64,000 nt of DNA from Rebecca billardiae RCC1528 (lineage: Eukaryota; Protista; Haptophyta), in contig OZ251225.1 in the NCBI GenBank assembly GCA_965240325.2, positions 434,001 to 498,000 of the forward strand, given 5' to 3'. Under the pieces are notes generated by a model. The model worked only from the letters and a program-made list of their open reading frames with translations, had not been told where the DNA came from and made no database searches. This document shows, one piece after another, positions 45,187-55,227 of this stretch (positions are counted from its first letter, which is position 1; each line of letters opens with the position of its first letter). The position numbers and the translations under genes are program-made.

Positions 45187-46521
45187 CTATATTCTATGAT
45201 CGTAGTCTGATCGACTGCTGACCTCTTGATTCGCGGACCGAATCCGTGAGGCCCGCGCCGCCGGCTGATAATTCCGAGTTGCTGACAACCCGACGGCGAC
45301 TGCGACAGCGAGCGCTGGGTTTGGCTGCCAGAATTCGGCCGATGATTGGCCTGCCGGGCACCACGGGCCCACGCGCGATTTCTCGCCCAGCACCCCGTGT
45401 GTCGACGCGTTGGTCAGCAGCAGCTTGCCGTGGTGCGTGAGGAGGTCTGGATGCCAGCAGCCCTCCTCGCGCAAGCCCGTGCACGCAAGTTGCAGGTCAA
45501 CGCTGCTGAGTGGGCGTGTGGAGAGGAGCATCTCAAGCAGGCATGAGCTGCGTTGGGCAAAGTGCTCGCGCAGGCTCTCGAAATTGGACACGCGCAGGCG
45601 CAGCGCCTCGGCGCTCACCTTCGAGGTCGAGTGCCCTTTCAGCTCTCGGCGCACGCCGCCAGCAGCGTCGGAAGTGGTTCGCGCGGCGCGCTTGGCGGGC
45701 AGCCCGGCCGCTAGCCCAAGCAATGAGCTGAGCGCGCCCTCGACATCAAGCTGCATGTCCTCGTACTCGATGGTGATGAACCTTCCGGAGTGCGTGAGCG
45801 GCACCACGCTCTCCAGGAGCCCCACGGACTGCACTCGCGACCAGTGCATGTGCTTGGCCATCTTCTCGAGGGTGTGAGGCTCCACGCGCCATGGCTGCGC
45901 GCGCTCGATGGAGAGCCGCGCCGAGAGCTGCGAGTAGGCCCATTTGACGAGGTTGCGCCGCGAGTGCAGGACAAATTGCACGTGCGGCCGCGCGCGCGCA
46001 AGCACGTGCAGGTTGTGCTGCCCGCCGGGCAGGGCATGGTTGGGCGACGCAGCCATCGAGGCGCCCACCACAGAGCACAGCTTGGCGCAGTCGCCCGCGC
46101 CGCTTGCTCTCGGGCACTTGTTGCACCAGTTGCGTTGGTTACGAGTATCGCAGCACGGCGGCCGCAAGGGGTCAAAATAGGTGAGCAGGTACGCCCGATC
46201 TGCGTCTCGGAAGCGGCCGGTATACTTTGTCCTGTTCTTCCGTCCCTTTCGGCCTAGCGCCTTGGACACGGCCGGGCGTGAGCAATGGTTGATCTCGAAG
46301 ACGAGCCGCCGGCCGGGTGTCGCGCACATCTGCAAGGACATCCAGAACGAGCCCATGTGGTAGTGTTTCACCACCATCAGCGAGGTCATTAGCAGAGCCC
46401 CGCCCGAGCCGCTGACCGCAGCGGGCGCCATAACGAGGATGCAGCTGACGAGGGAGGAATCGTAGCGACGCAGGCACGCAGCCGCCACCCGGCCCGGCCT
46501 CACCCAGGCCAACGGTGTCAT
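45187..46521 (-). CDS. Sulfotransferase-like protein (Stf0/P-loop sulfotransferase fold)
   Basis: MVVKHYHMGSFW...LVFEI (5'-PSB-like), FVLHSRRNLVKWAYS (3'-PB-like), ITIEYEDM...LSSLLG; start codon uncertain. Confidence 0.62.
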   Translation of the reverse strand: MTPLAWVRPGRVAAACLRRYDSSLVSCILVMAPAAVSGSGGALLMTSLMVVKHYHMGSFWMSLQMCATPGRRLVFEINHCSRPAVSKALGRKGRKNRTKYTGRFRDADRAYLLTYFDPLRPPCCDTRNQRNWCNKCPRASGAGDCAKLCSVVGASMAASPNHALPGGQHNLHVLARARPHVQFVLHSRRNLVKWAYSQLSARLSIERAQPWRVEPHTLEKMAKHMHWSRVQSVGLLESVVPLTHSGRFITIEYEDMQLDVEGALSSLLGLAAGLPAKRAARTTSDAAGGVRRELKGHSTSKVSAEALRLRVSNFESLREHFAQRSSCLLEMLLSTRPLSSVDLQLACTGLREEGCWHPDLLTHHGKLLLTNASTHGVLGEKSRVGPWCPAGQSSAEFWQPNPALAVAVAVGLSATRNYQPAARASRIRSANQEVSSRSDYDHRI

Positions 46522-46616
46522 GGCGGCGCGGCGCAAGTTGGGTAAAAGGGTACAGTTTACTAAGAATAAGAGACGCACACAGCTCAGGCAGGCGAGATTG
46601 ACGCCCGCATTGGTAT

Positions 46617-47221
46617 TGGAGCGTTCGTTGGAACTTGGCGGGGCTTGGAACTTGACACCGCATTTCCCAGCGAAGTGCCCCATCTCGGCGGGGCCGGCAC
46701 GGTCGGCACACGCTCCTGAGCGCTCGCTTCGCGGTGCGGCAGGCCTTGGGCAGCCCAGACAGACATGCTGCGACCGAATTACCGGGCCATGCGCGCACCA
46801 CACCCGCGCTACATGGCCTGCGCGCTGGACGACTGAGAGGCAACGCCGAACCACTGCATTCCACTGCCCCGCATGCACCCCGAGTCACCTTCAGAGGGCG
46901 TCGACGAGCGCAGAGCGGGTGCGTGGGAGTTCGACCAACTCGTGTACCTTCTTGCAAGCACCAGCGGCGAGGTCGCAAGCCGAACCTTGACCAGCCGTGG
47001 AACTTGAGCTGGTCGGCAGCAAAACCACCGTTTAACCCGGATCAAGTTAGCAGCGTGCGAGGAGGAGGCGCGGTGCGCGTCCGCGGCTGGCGAGAGGCGT
47101 CCGGACCGTGCCGTTCTCGGCCGCGCCCGCGCGCTTCCCGCCGCCGCGGGCCCCGTGTACGCCCGTCGTCGCCCTCGCCGCGCGGGCGCCAAACCGGCGT
47201 CAAGTTCCAACGAACGCTCCA
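46617..47221. mobile_element. MITE with TGGAGCGTTCGTTGGAACTTG TIRs
   Basis: 46617-46637 TGGAGCGTTCGTTGGAACTTG; exact reverse complement at 47201-47221; internal GGAACTTG sub-repeats; TA adjacent to both ends. Confidence 0.8.
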
Positions 47222-47739
47222 TACCCCCATATCGGGGGATTTCTCCCTCCGCACATTCAAATTATTACAGTTTTACTAAGAATAAGAGACGCACACAGTG
47301 TCAGACACAGCTCAGGCAGCCGAGATCGACGCCCGCCAACTGTCACCGCCCATGAAGCCGTCACAGACCGCGCTCAAGCTTTACGATCGCGGTGCAGGCT
47401 ATGCTCTGCCACCAACGCCGACTTCGTGTCGACGATCGGGCACTGCAATGGCATACCCCCGCCCCCTCTGGAGGCGGGCTGTCCGCAGTGGAGTCAGGTG
47501 ACAGGGCACTATGACTAGGTGTCTCGGTCGGTGGTTTGAGGTTGGGTGGGGGTGCGGTGGTTGGTTGGGGGCTGGCCAGGGTAGGGCTGGAGGCTTCGGC
47601 TGCCAGTCTGATCACCCGGAGCCCATTATTATAAAGGTGAATTTATAATTACTGCCGCCGACGAATCAGGAGACCCGCGTCGTCCTACTTCACCTGCCGT
47701 CGTTATTAAATCATAGAATGGCGCTGAGTATGGGGGTAT
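47221..47739. mobile_element. MITE-like element with ATACCCCCATA termini carrying modules A-B-C and a nested module D insertion
   Basis: ATACCCCCATA at 47221-47231 and TATGGGGGTAT at 47729-47739; internal modules are repeated elsewhere in the window. Confidence 0.6.
47447..47650 (+). mobile_element. 5'-truncated retroposon-like insertion (module D) with 5 bp TSD ACTGC
   Basis: ACTGC at 47442-47446 and 47651-47655; the empty site GGGCACTGCCGCCGACG is present at 43634-43650. Confidence 0.75.
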
Positions 47740-48081
47740 TGCTGATTGCTGAGGCACGGTTGGCAGCAGTTGGCACTCATCAGTGTATGACGATCATTCA
47801 CGGCAAAGGGTTATTGTACCCCCCTCAATCCTCATCGTTTGAGTATCACGCATTGATCGACTAATAACTAGCTATACGACGATGCCCGACTGACGATGAC
47901 TCAGACTGTGCTAGCGTCCTTTGACTTTTGAGCGGTTCCGGCGGTCGAACGGTCGCCTGCGCGGCACCTGACCGGCTGACCCGGTCCACGTCGACCACGA
48001 TCACGCCCACGGACTGATCAGGCTGCCGACGCGCGCGCCGGCCGCGCCGCAGTCGTAACTCACTGCAGTCAAGTCGGCAGG

Positions 48082-48277
48082 CTCCAGGCTCTGGCTCCGG
48101 GTTGACCCCTGCCAGTCCGGTCATAGAAACCGGGCGTACCGAAAATGATCTTCGCATTCGATCCGCTGCGGCCGAATGAACTCCAGGCTCTGGCTCCGGG
48201 TTGACCCCTGCCGGTCCGGTCATAGAAACCGGGCGTACCGAAAATGATCTTCGCATTCGATCCTGCGGCCGAATGAA
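48082..48277. repeat. Tandem duplication, 99 + 97 bp
   Basis: CTCCAGGCTCTGGCTCCGGGTTGACCCCTG...GGCCGAATGAA twice, differing by one substitution and a 2 bp indel. Confidence 0.92.
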
Positions 48278-49131
48278 CGCCCGATGAAGTGTCCCACAGG
48301 GCCCCAAATAGGGTTGCTGTGGATGGCCAATAAGTGCCCAGGGTGTGAAACTTAGCAGTTTGTGACTACTTCAGACTCTATTTTCATAGCTATTTACCCA
48401 GCCCGGCGTGACATGTCTCCAATAGCTGCGACGGGTGCATCCGGATCGCTCCCGGGCCGTGTTCTGTCAACCATCAAAGTCTGAAATGGGTACATACATA
48501 GTAAATCGATAGAGTCTGAACTATAGAGGAAGTGCTTGTACTGCTTGTTGGCCCAATATAATATCGCTCTGAAGTCATCGTCATCTAGGCATATCGGAGT
48601 GATGATATCCAATTCGTCCATTGATGAGGTCCTCCGCCGCCTGCATGTGCACGCAGTTTATTTTCACGAGTGACTTCATGAAGGAGCTCACATCAGTAGT
48701 CACAGTGCCCGTCTACTCTGGGCTCTGGCGTCTGGCAGGGCACCTGAGGCGGGTCAACCGAAGCCAGAGCCTCTGACTCTGAGGCGTCTGCACTCTCCGC
48801 GACGTCGAGTCGCGGGACGACGCCTCGTCTCATTCAACTTTCGGCGCCCGTGTTATAGCGCACTGTGCATACTGCATCGGGCAATTCCGGTTCACCAGAG
48901 TCACTGCTACCAGTATGTGAGTATGGCCACCAGTGGCCGCCCGCAGCCTGGCCAGCCGCATCTACTATCCCGTCGGCCGTCATTCACGACGACTTGCCAG
49001 CCACAGGCTGCTCGGGACGGCTCCCGGCTCGCTCGCCACCCGGCCAGAACTCCCGTCGACGAATCTCGGCGCAGACTCGTCGCGCCCGAGCGCGCACTCG
49101 GCCGGCCACTCCCCGCGCCGCGGCCCGCGCG

Positions 49132-51619
49132 TCATGTCTTCGGCGGCGGCGGCGGCGGCACGTGGCCGTTGCCGTGGTCGCGGATGAAGGCCCAGTGCTC
49201 GAGCGTGCGCTCGAGCAGCGGCTCCATGCGCGGTTTGAGCGGCGCAAAGTGCGAGCACAGCGCGTCGAGCAGCGGCTTGACGATCGCCTGGATGAAGCCG
49301 ATCTGCTGCGTCGCGTACTGCGACTCGCCCTTGTACTGGTCGCGGTCGAACATGGGCATCACCTGCGGCACGAGAGCGCGCGCAGCAGCGTGGCGGAGGC
49401 GGGCGTCAGTCAGGTCAGCGCGGCGCGGGCGCCCCGGGCTGGAGGCGATCAGCGCTCGGCGCACGGCCGCGACGGCGCGCGCGCGCGCCGCGCCGCGCAC
49501 CGGCAGGCCCAGCTTGCGCTCGATGTCGCCCTGCGAGAGGAACTCGTCGCGCACGCGGCGCGACCACTCGAGGTGTGCGCGCAGCTGGCGGAACGGGTGG
49601 CTGATGTCCGCGGCGTGCACCATGATGGCCATCAGCCTGTCCCGCTCGAGCGCTGGCGGCTGGCGCTCGGCCGGCGTGCCCGGCTGCGTGGCCGAGCGCG
49701 CGGGGGGGGCGAGGCGCGTGCGCGCGCGGGGCGCGTGAGCGGGCGCGCGCCGCGCGCGCGCCGAGCGGCGCCGCCCTCGCGCGGGGCCGGCCGCGCGCCC
49801 GCCCGCCGGCCCGTGCGTCGCGCGCGCGCGCGCGAGGGTGCGCGGCGGCGGCGGCGGCGCGCACCGGCGCGGGCGCGGTCGAGACGAGCTCGGTGACCTG
49901 CGCGAAGTGCTCGGCCATGTCGGTCGCCAGCACCATCTTGATGACGAGCGAGCGCAGCTCGCGCAGGTGCTGCGCCTCGACGGCGCGGAAGATGTTGTAC
50001 TTGGTCTGCTGGATCAGCTTGAACGCCTCGGAGACGTGGAAGTTCTCGAGCACCGAGCGGTCGTTGTACGTGAGCGCGAGCGGGTTGGACGAGTTGACGA
50101 GGAAGGCGTTGGTCACGCCCGGGTGCCCGAGGTCGTGCACGAGCGTGCCGAAGAAGAGCGCCAGCAGGTGGAGGGGCTGGATCTCGTGCGCCTCGACCAT
50201 CCCAGAGTGGCACACGAACAGGTGCATCGCGAGCGTCACGTCCGCCGCGTGCAGCCGGTTGTGGAAGTGGTTCTCGTCCGAGTAGCCCGCGTTGAGCGCC
50301 GCGCACAGCGCGTGCATCCGCTCGTACCCGATCCCGAACGCCTCGGGCAGCCGGTGCCGCTGGAAGATCACCATCGCGATGAACGTGAGCGGGTCTGCGA
50401 CGTGCTCCGAGAGCTCGAAGACGGAGACCTCCTCGTCCGCCGCGAGGATCCGCTCCTTCCACCGCGAGAGCTCCGCCTCCTTCGCGTCGCGCACCGAGAG
50501 CGAGTTGATCAGCAGGTCGCAGATGTCGAGGTCGCCGTCCGCGAGCGAGCGGCGCACGGTGCGCGCGGGCGCGCCGTCGCGCTCGCGGTGATGGTGGCCG
50601 CCGCCGCCCTTTTTGCGGTGGTGGCCGAAGGAGGGGCGGCCGGGCGCGCGCAGCCGGTCGTGCACGTCGCTCACCGCCGTCGGCGCCTCGCCGCCCGCGC
50701 CCCCCTCCTCCTCGCCCTCCTCCTCCTCCTCCGAGCCGCCCGAGTCGTCGAAGATGAAGAGCGACCTGAGGTACTCGCGCATCTCGCCGTTCACGACCGT
50801 CGAGCGGAAGCCCGCGTTCGAGGCCCACGCGGCGTCGGCGACGGCGAGCATCTGGTGGAGCTCCTCCGAGCGGAGCAGGTCGTACACAAACTCCGCGTCG
50901 TCCGTCCACGACAGCGCCGCCGCCATCCCGGCGCTGCCCTGCATCGCCGAGCGACTCGCCGCGCCCCGCTTGGGCGAGCTGCCTGTGCCCGCGGCCGCGC
51001 CCGTCACCGTCAGCTGCGGGGCGGAGTTGGCCGAGGAGGGCGGCATGCCTTTCGGCGGTGTCGCTGGGTTGCTGCTGCTGCTGCCGCCGCCGCCCGCCAT
51101 CGCGAAGCCGCCCGACTCGCGCTTGGCGAAGCGCCCCTGCGCGCCGCCGATGCGCGCGCGTGACGCCATCAGCGGCCTTCCGGGGCGCGAGCCGGTCAGC
51201 ATCTCGCGGATGTGCTCGATCGCGCGGAGCCCGGCCTCCTTTCGCTCGGTGAGCGGCAGCACGCTCGCTTCGTGCGCCGCCGAACCCGCCTCGTGCGGCT
51301 TGTGCGTCGCGTGGCGGACTGTCGCGTTTCGCGCGGCCGCTCCGGTCCCGGCGGCCGAGTTGAAGCCGCGCATTTTGGCGAGGATGCCCGTGATGGACGT
51401 GGATCCGCGCGCGTTGGCGGCGTCGCCCTGGGTGCTACTGCCACCACTCCCCGACACCACGGGGGTCCTCCCCGCGCCAGCGTCGTGCTGGCCGCCGCTG
51501 GCGTGCTTGTCAGAGCCGGCCACCGGGAGCAGGTCGCCCCGCCTGCTCCCCGTAGCCCCGCGGAAGCCGGGCGGCTGCTTATGTGGCTCGTGCGAGCCCG
51601 CGACGGATGTGTGTCGCAT
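49132..51619 (-). CDS. Class I 3',5'-cyclic nucleotide phosphodiesterase; introns 49684-49864 and 49363-49500
   Basis: HFHNRLHAADV, HDLGHPGVTN, YNDRSVLENFH, LATDM, HAADISHP, EFLSQGDIER, QQIGFI; long low-complexity N-terminus. Confidence 0.93.
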
Positions 51620-52196
51620 CAGGACAACAGGTGGGCGTGCTTCTCGAAGTCCACGCCTTCGCGCACGAACGCGATGTCACGCGCTGCGATCGCGCGCGCG
51701 CCCGATGCTCCGAGGGCTGAGCCCCCCTTGAGCCACGCCGCCTCGACGCGCTTGCTGGCAACTGATCCGGACCGCTGTGGCTAATCTGAAGGCCCTCGAT
51801 CCTGACGACGATGATTCACAGGGAGTTGAGTGTGGGATTTCATCAGTATGAGTTCGAATAATAAACCCAAACGCTGCCGATATGACACGTTCCCATTTGA
51901 GGTCCATTGGCATACTCAATGTATTACTCACTTTGTACGTACTGCGCGGTTTTACCGCTCAGATTTCTATCGCTCCTAAGAGGGTGAAATGAGAACGCGG
52001 GCAAAACGACGTGCTCGTTCGTGCGGGCGCGTCGCGAGGCCAGCAAGAAAATAATACGAGCCGAGTCGCGGGGCGCCGTGGCGCGGCGGCGTTCGTCTCC
52101 GCGTTCTGCGCAAGGGCGTTGGGGGTTGGGGTTTTTGTTTAGCCGGGCCTCCGATGGCCACCTCCCCGGCCGCCCTGCGCACGGTGGACGCGTGAA

Positions 52197-54965
52197 ATGA
52201 CGCGCCGTGGCGGCCGACGCGCGCGAGGCCGACGCGGTCGAGGGCACGGGCTTGACGAGGATGCTCAGGACTCGCACGATGGGACGCGCTTCGAGGCGCA
52301 TGCACCCGCGCAGGCGCTCGCTGTGCCGCTGCCTGCGCATCTGCAGCCGCTGCCAGGAACGCACGATGCGCCGCCGTGGGCGACGACGCCCCCGCTGGCG
52401 CTCTCCGCCGGCGGCGTGGTGGTGGCACCGCACGTATACGGCCTTCATCCGCAGGCCGGCTTCCTTGCCGCCCCCGCGGTGCTCGGGGAGCTCGCCCCAC
52501 CGCCGCCACCGCCGCCGCCAGGCGCGCGCGCCGCCGCGCACGCGCCGCGGCCGCCGCCGCGCGCGCACGGCGTCGAGCAGCGCGTGCTGGAGGTGACTCG
52601 GCAGATCGACCAGTCGTGCGCGGCGACGGGCGACCACGCGCGCGCGTGGCGCCTCGTCGAGGACCTGCTCCGCTCCGGCCTCCGCCCGAGCCTCGTCACG
52701 GCGAACGTGCTGATCAAGTGTCACCGCCGCGCCCGCCAGCCAGAAGGGGCGGAGCGCGTGCTCGGCGTGATGGGCGGCTGGGGCCTGGCGCCGGACGCGT
52801 ACTCGTACAACCAGGTGCTCGCCGCGTACGTCGACGCGCACCGCGCCGCCGACGCGCACCGCGTCTTCCACGCCGCGTGCGAGCTCGGGCTGGACGACGG
52901 CTGCACGCACGCGACCGTGCTGCGCGCGTGCACGCCCGCGTCGCTGCCGCCGGTGCTGAGCGCGATGCGGCTGCGCGGACGCGCGGACGCGGTGCCGCTG
53001 CACGCGGCGCTCAAGGTGCTCTCCGACGCGGGGCTCGCCGACGACTGCGAGGCGTTCGTCCGCGCCAACTTTGCGGGCAGCGGCATCGCGGTCGCCGGCG
53101 CGCCGCCGCCCAGCGCGCGCACCTTCACCCTGCTCGCGCGCGCGCACGCTGTGGCGCGCGCGCCGGAGGCGGCGGAGCGCACGCTGTGGCGCGCGCTCGG
53201 CGGGCAGCCGCGCGGCGTGGCGGCCGGCGCGCGGGGCGGCGCGGCCGACGCGTCGCCGGACGCGGCGGTCGACGCGTCGCCGGACGCGGCGGGCGCGCCG
53301 GCGGTGGCGCCCGACGCGGTCCTCTTTGCCGTCGTCGTGGACACGTATGCCTCAGTCCAGCCGCACGCGCGCGTGTCCGACGCGGTCCGCGTGGCGGACG
53401 AGGCCGTCGCCCGGCTGCGCGCCGCGCGCGCGCCGCCGCCCTCCACCTCTCTCTTCAACGCGCTGCTCAAGGCGCACGCGCGCGCGCGCGCGCCGAGCGC
53501 CGAGGGCGTGGCGCGCGCGATGGCGCTGGCGCGCGAGAGCGGCGCACGGCTGGACGTCGTCAGCGTCTCGACGGCCGCGGACGCGCTGTGCGTGGCCGGC
53601 CGGCCGGAGGAAGCGCACGCCCTCGTCGAGGCGTGTCGCGCCGCCGACGGCATCGCCCCGAACGGCACGGTGTACAACACGCTGATCAAGGGGTACGCGC
53701 GCTGCCGCTGCGTGCGCAACACGGGCGCGTGCGCGTGCGACCCCTGCCGCTGCTCGTCGCCCGAGGCGGCGCTGCGGCTCGTGCGACAGATGCACGCGGA
53801 GGGCCTCGCGCCGGACACGGTCACGCTCAACACGCTGGTCGCCGCGTTCTGCCGGGCCAACCGGCTCGCCGAGGCGCGCGAGGTCGTGAGCGGCATGGCG
53901 CTGCTGGCGGGCTCGGCGGACGGCTGCGCCGCGGACGGCGCCACCTACAGCCTGCTGCTGCGCGCCATGCTGCGCGGCGCGGCGCGGACGGGGCGGGCGC
54001 GGCCGGGCGAGGAGGAGCGCGCAGCCGACGGCGCGCTCGACGCGGCCGCGCACGCCGCCCCGGGGGGCGGCGTCTCGCCGCCCGGCTCCGAGGCTGGCGC
54101 CGCTGCGGCACCTTCGGACAGCACTGCTCTGCTCGACGGCCTGCGCGCAGAGATGGCCACGGCGGGCGTGCGCCCAGACGCGCCCCTGCGCGCGCTGCTC
54201 GCGCAGGCCTACCTCGCGACGCGGCCGTCGGCCACCGCGCTCGGGAGAGCCGCCGCTCTGCTCGAGGAGGAGCTCGCGCAGCACGCGGGGGGGCAACGGC
54301 CGGGCGCAGGCGGGGGAGGCGCGGGCGGCGACGCTGCGGCAGGGCAGCTGGGCGGTGCTGGCGCCGAGCCGCCCGCCGCGCGCGCGACACGCGCGGACGC
54401 GGACGAGCGCGCTCGGCATTCCCGCGCGCCTGCGAGCGCGCGTGCGAGCGCGCCTGCGAGCGCGTTCGAGGCGGGCGCGCTGAGCTGCGAGGGCTGCGGC
54501 ACGGCGCACGGCCGGCGCGGCGGCGCGGGCGCGCAGCAGCAAGCGCCGGTGGCCGCGATGTGCACGGCGCTGCTGCACGCCGCCGCCTGCAGAGCGCACG
54601 GTGGCGGTGAGGACGCGCTCGAGCAGCTCGGCCGCGCGCGGGACACCGCGGCGCGCGCGCTCGCCTGCGGCGCGGCAAGCGCAGATGATGAGGCGTTGGG
54701 CGGCGCACTGTGCAGCGCCGCGGCGTTGGCCAGCGCACGCGGGTGTGCACGCGCGCCCACCGGTGGCGCGCTGCCGATCACAAGCGCTCCAGCGGCGGCC
54801 GAGCGCGCTGCGGCCTCCACTGCGGGCACCGGGGCGCGCGCAGCGTGCGCGGCAGCAGACCGTGGCGGAGCCATTGGGCTCAGCGATGCAGCTGCTGAGT
54901 CGACGGTGTTGCCCGCAGTGGCGGAAGGCTGCTGCCAGCCTGGTCCCAAGGAATGTTGCTGCTGA
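52197..54965 (+). CDS. Pentatricopeptide repeat (PPR) protein
   Basis: PPR motifs LRPSLVTANVLIK, LAPDAYSYNQVLAAY, APNGTVYNTLIKGY, LAPDTVTLNTLVAAFCR. Confidence 0.87.
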   Translation: MTRRGGRRARGRRGRGHGLDEDAQDSHDGTRFEAHAPAQALAVPLPAHLQPLPGTHDAPPWATTPPLALSAGGVVVAPHVYGLHPQAGFLAAPAVLGELAPPPPPPPPGARAAAHAPRPPPRAHGVEQRVLEVTRQIDQSCAATGDHARAWRLVEDLLRSGLRPSLVTANVLIKCHRRARQPEGAERVLGVMGGWGLAPDAYSYNQVLAAYVDAHRAADAHRVFHAACELGLDDGCTHATVLRACTPASLPPVLSAMRLRGRADAVPLHAALKVLSDAGLADDCEAFVRANFAGSGIAVAGAPPPSARTFTLLARAHAVARAPEAAERTLWRALGGQPRGVAAGARGGAADASPDAAVDASPDAAGAPAVAPDAVLFAVVVDTYASVQPHARVSDAVRVADEAVARLRAARAPPPSTSLFNALLKAHARARAPSAEGVARAMALARESGARLDVVSVSTAADALCVAGRPEEAHALVEACRAADGIAPNGTVYNTLIKGYARCRCVRNTGACACDPCRCSSPEAALRLVRQMHAEGLAPDTVTLNTLVAAFCRANRLAEAREVVSGMALLAGSADGCAADGATYSLLLRAMLRGAARTGRARPGEEERAADGALDAAAHAAPGGGVSPPGSEAGAAAAPSDSTALLDGLRAEMATAGVRPDAPLRALLAQAYLATRPSATALGRAAALLEEELAQHAGGQRPGAGGGGAGGDAAAGQLGGAGAEPPAARATRADADERARHSRAPASARASAPASAFEAGALSCEGCGTAHGRRGGAGAQQQAPVAAMCTALLHAAACRAHGGGEDALEQLGRARDTAARALACGAASADDEALGGALCSAAALASARGCARAPTGGALPITSAPAAAERAAASTAGTGARAACAAADRGGAIGLSDAAAESTVLPAVAEGCCQPGPKECCC

Positions 54966-55227
54966 TGCCCGGCGCATCAGAGAGGGTCGCGACCGTACGC
55001 AGTCGTCATTTTCATCACGCTTTAACTAACTGCTGCTTATTGTCTAGCTTGTAACAACGCGCCCGGAGCCGATGATTTACCGCGGGCGGGCGGTCGGCGA
55101 TCAACAAATCGATGCGCGCGCCAAATAAAATAATCGCCTTCTGCCGCGTCCGCGAACGACTCCGTGCTGGCTCCGCGCGGGTCGTCGCGTGGCCGTGGGC
55201 TCAACCAACGTCGCGGAACCGAGGGCC

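Noticed and set aside
48082-48277. CRISPR-like array
   Set aside because: Only two adjacent ~99 bp units with no spacers, in a eukaryotic genome with no cas genes in the window.
15888-49500. Enrichment of in-frame, stop-free introns
   Set aside because: 4 of 14 introns are multiples of three, about the chance expectation, and the lack of stops follows from GC content.
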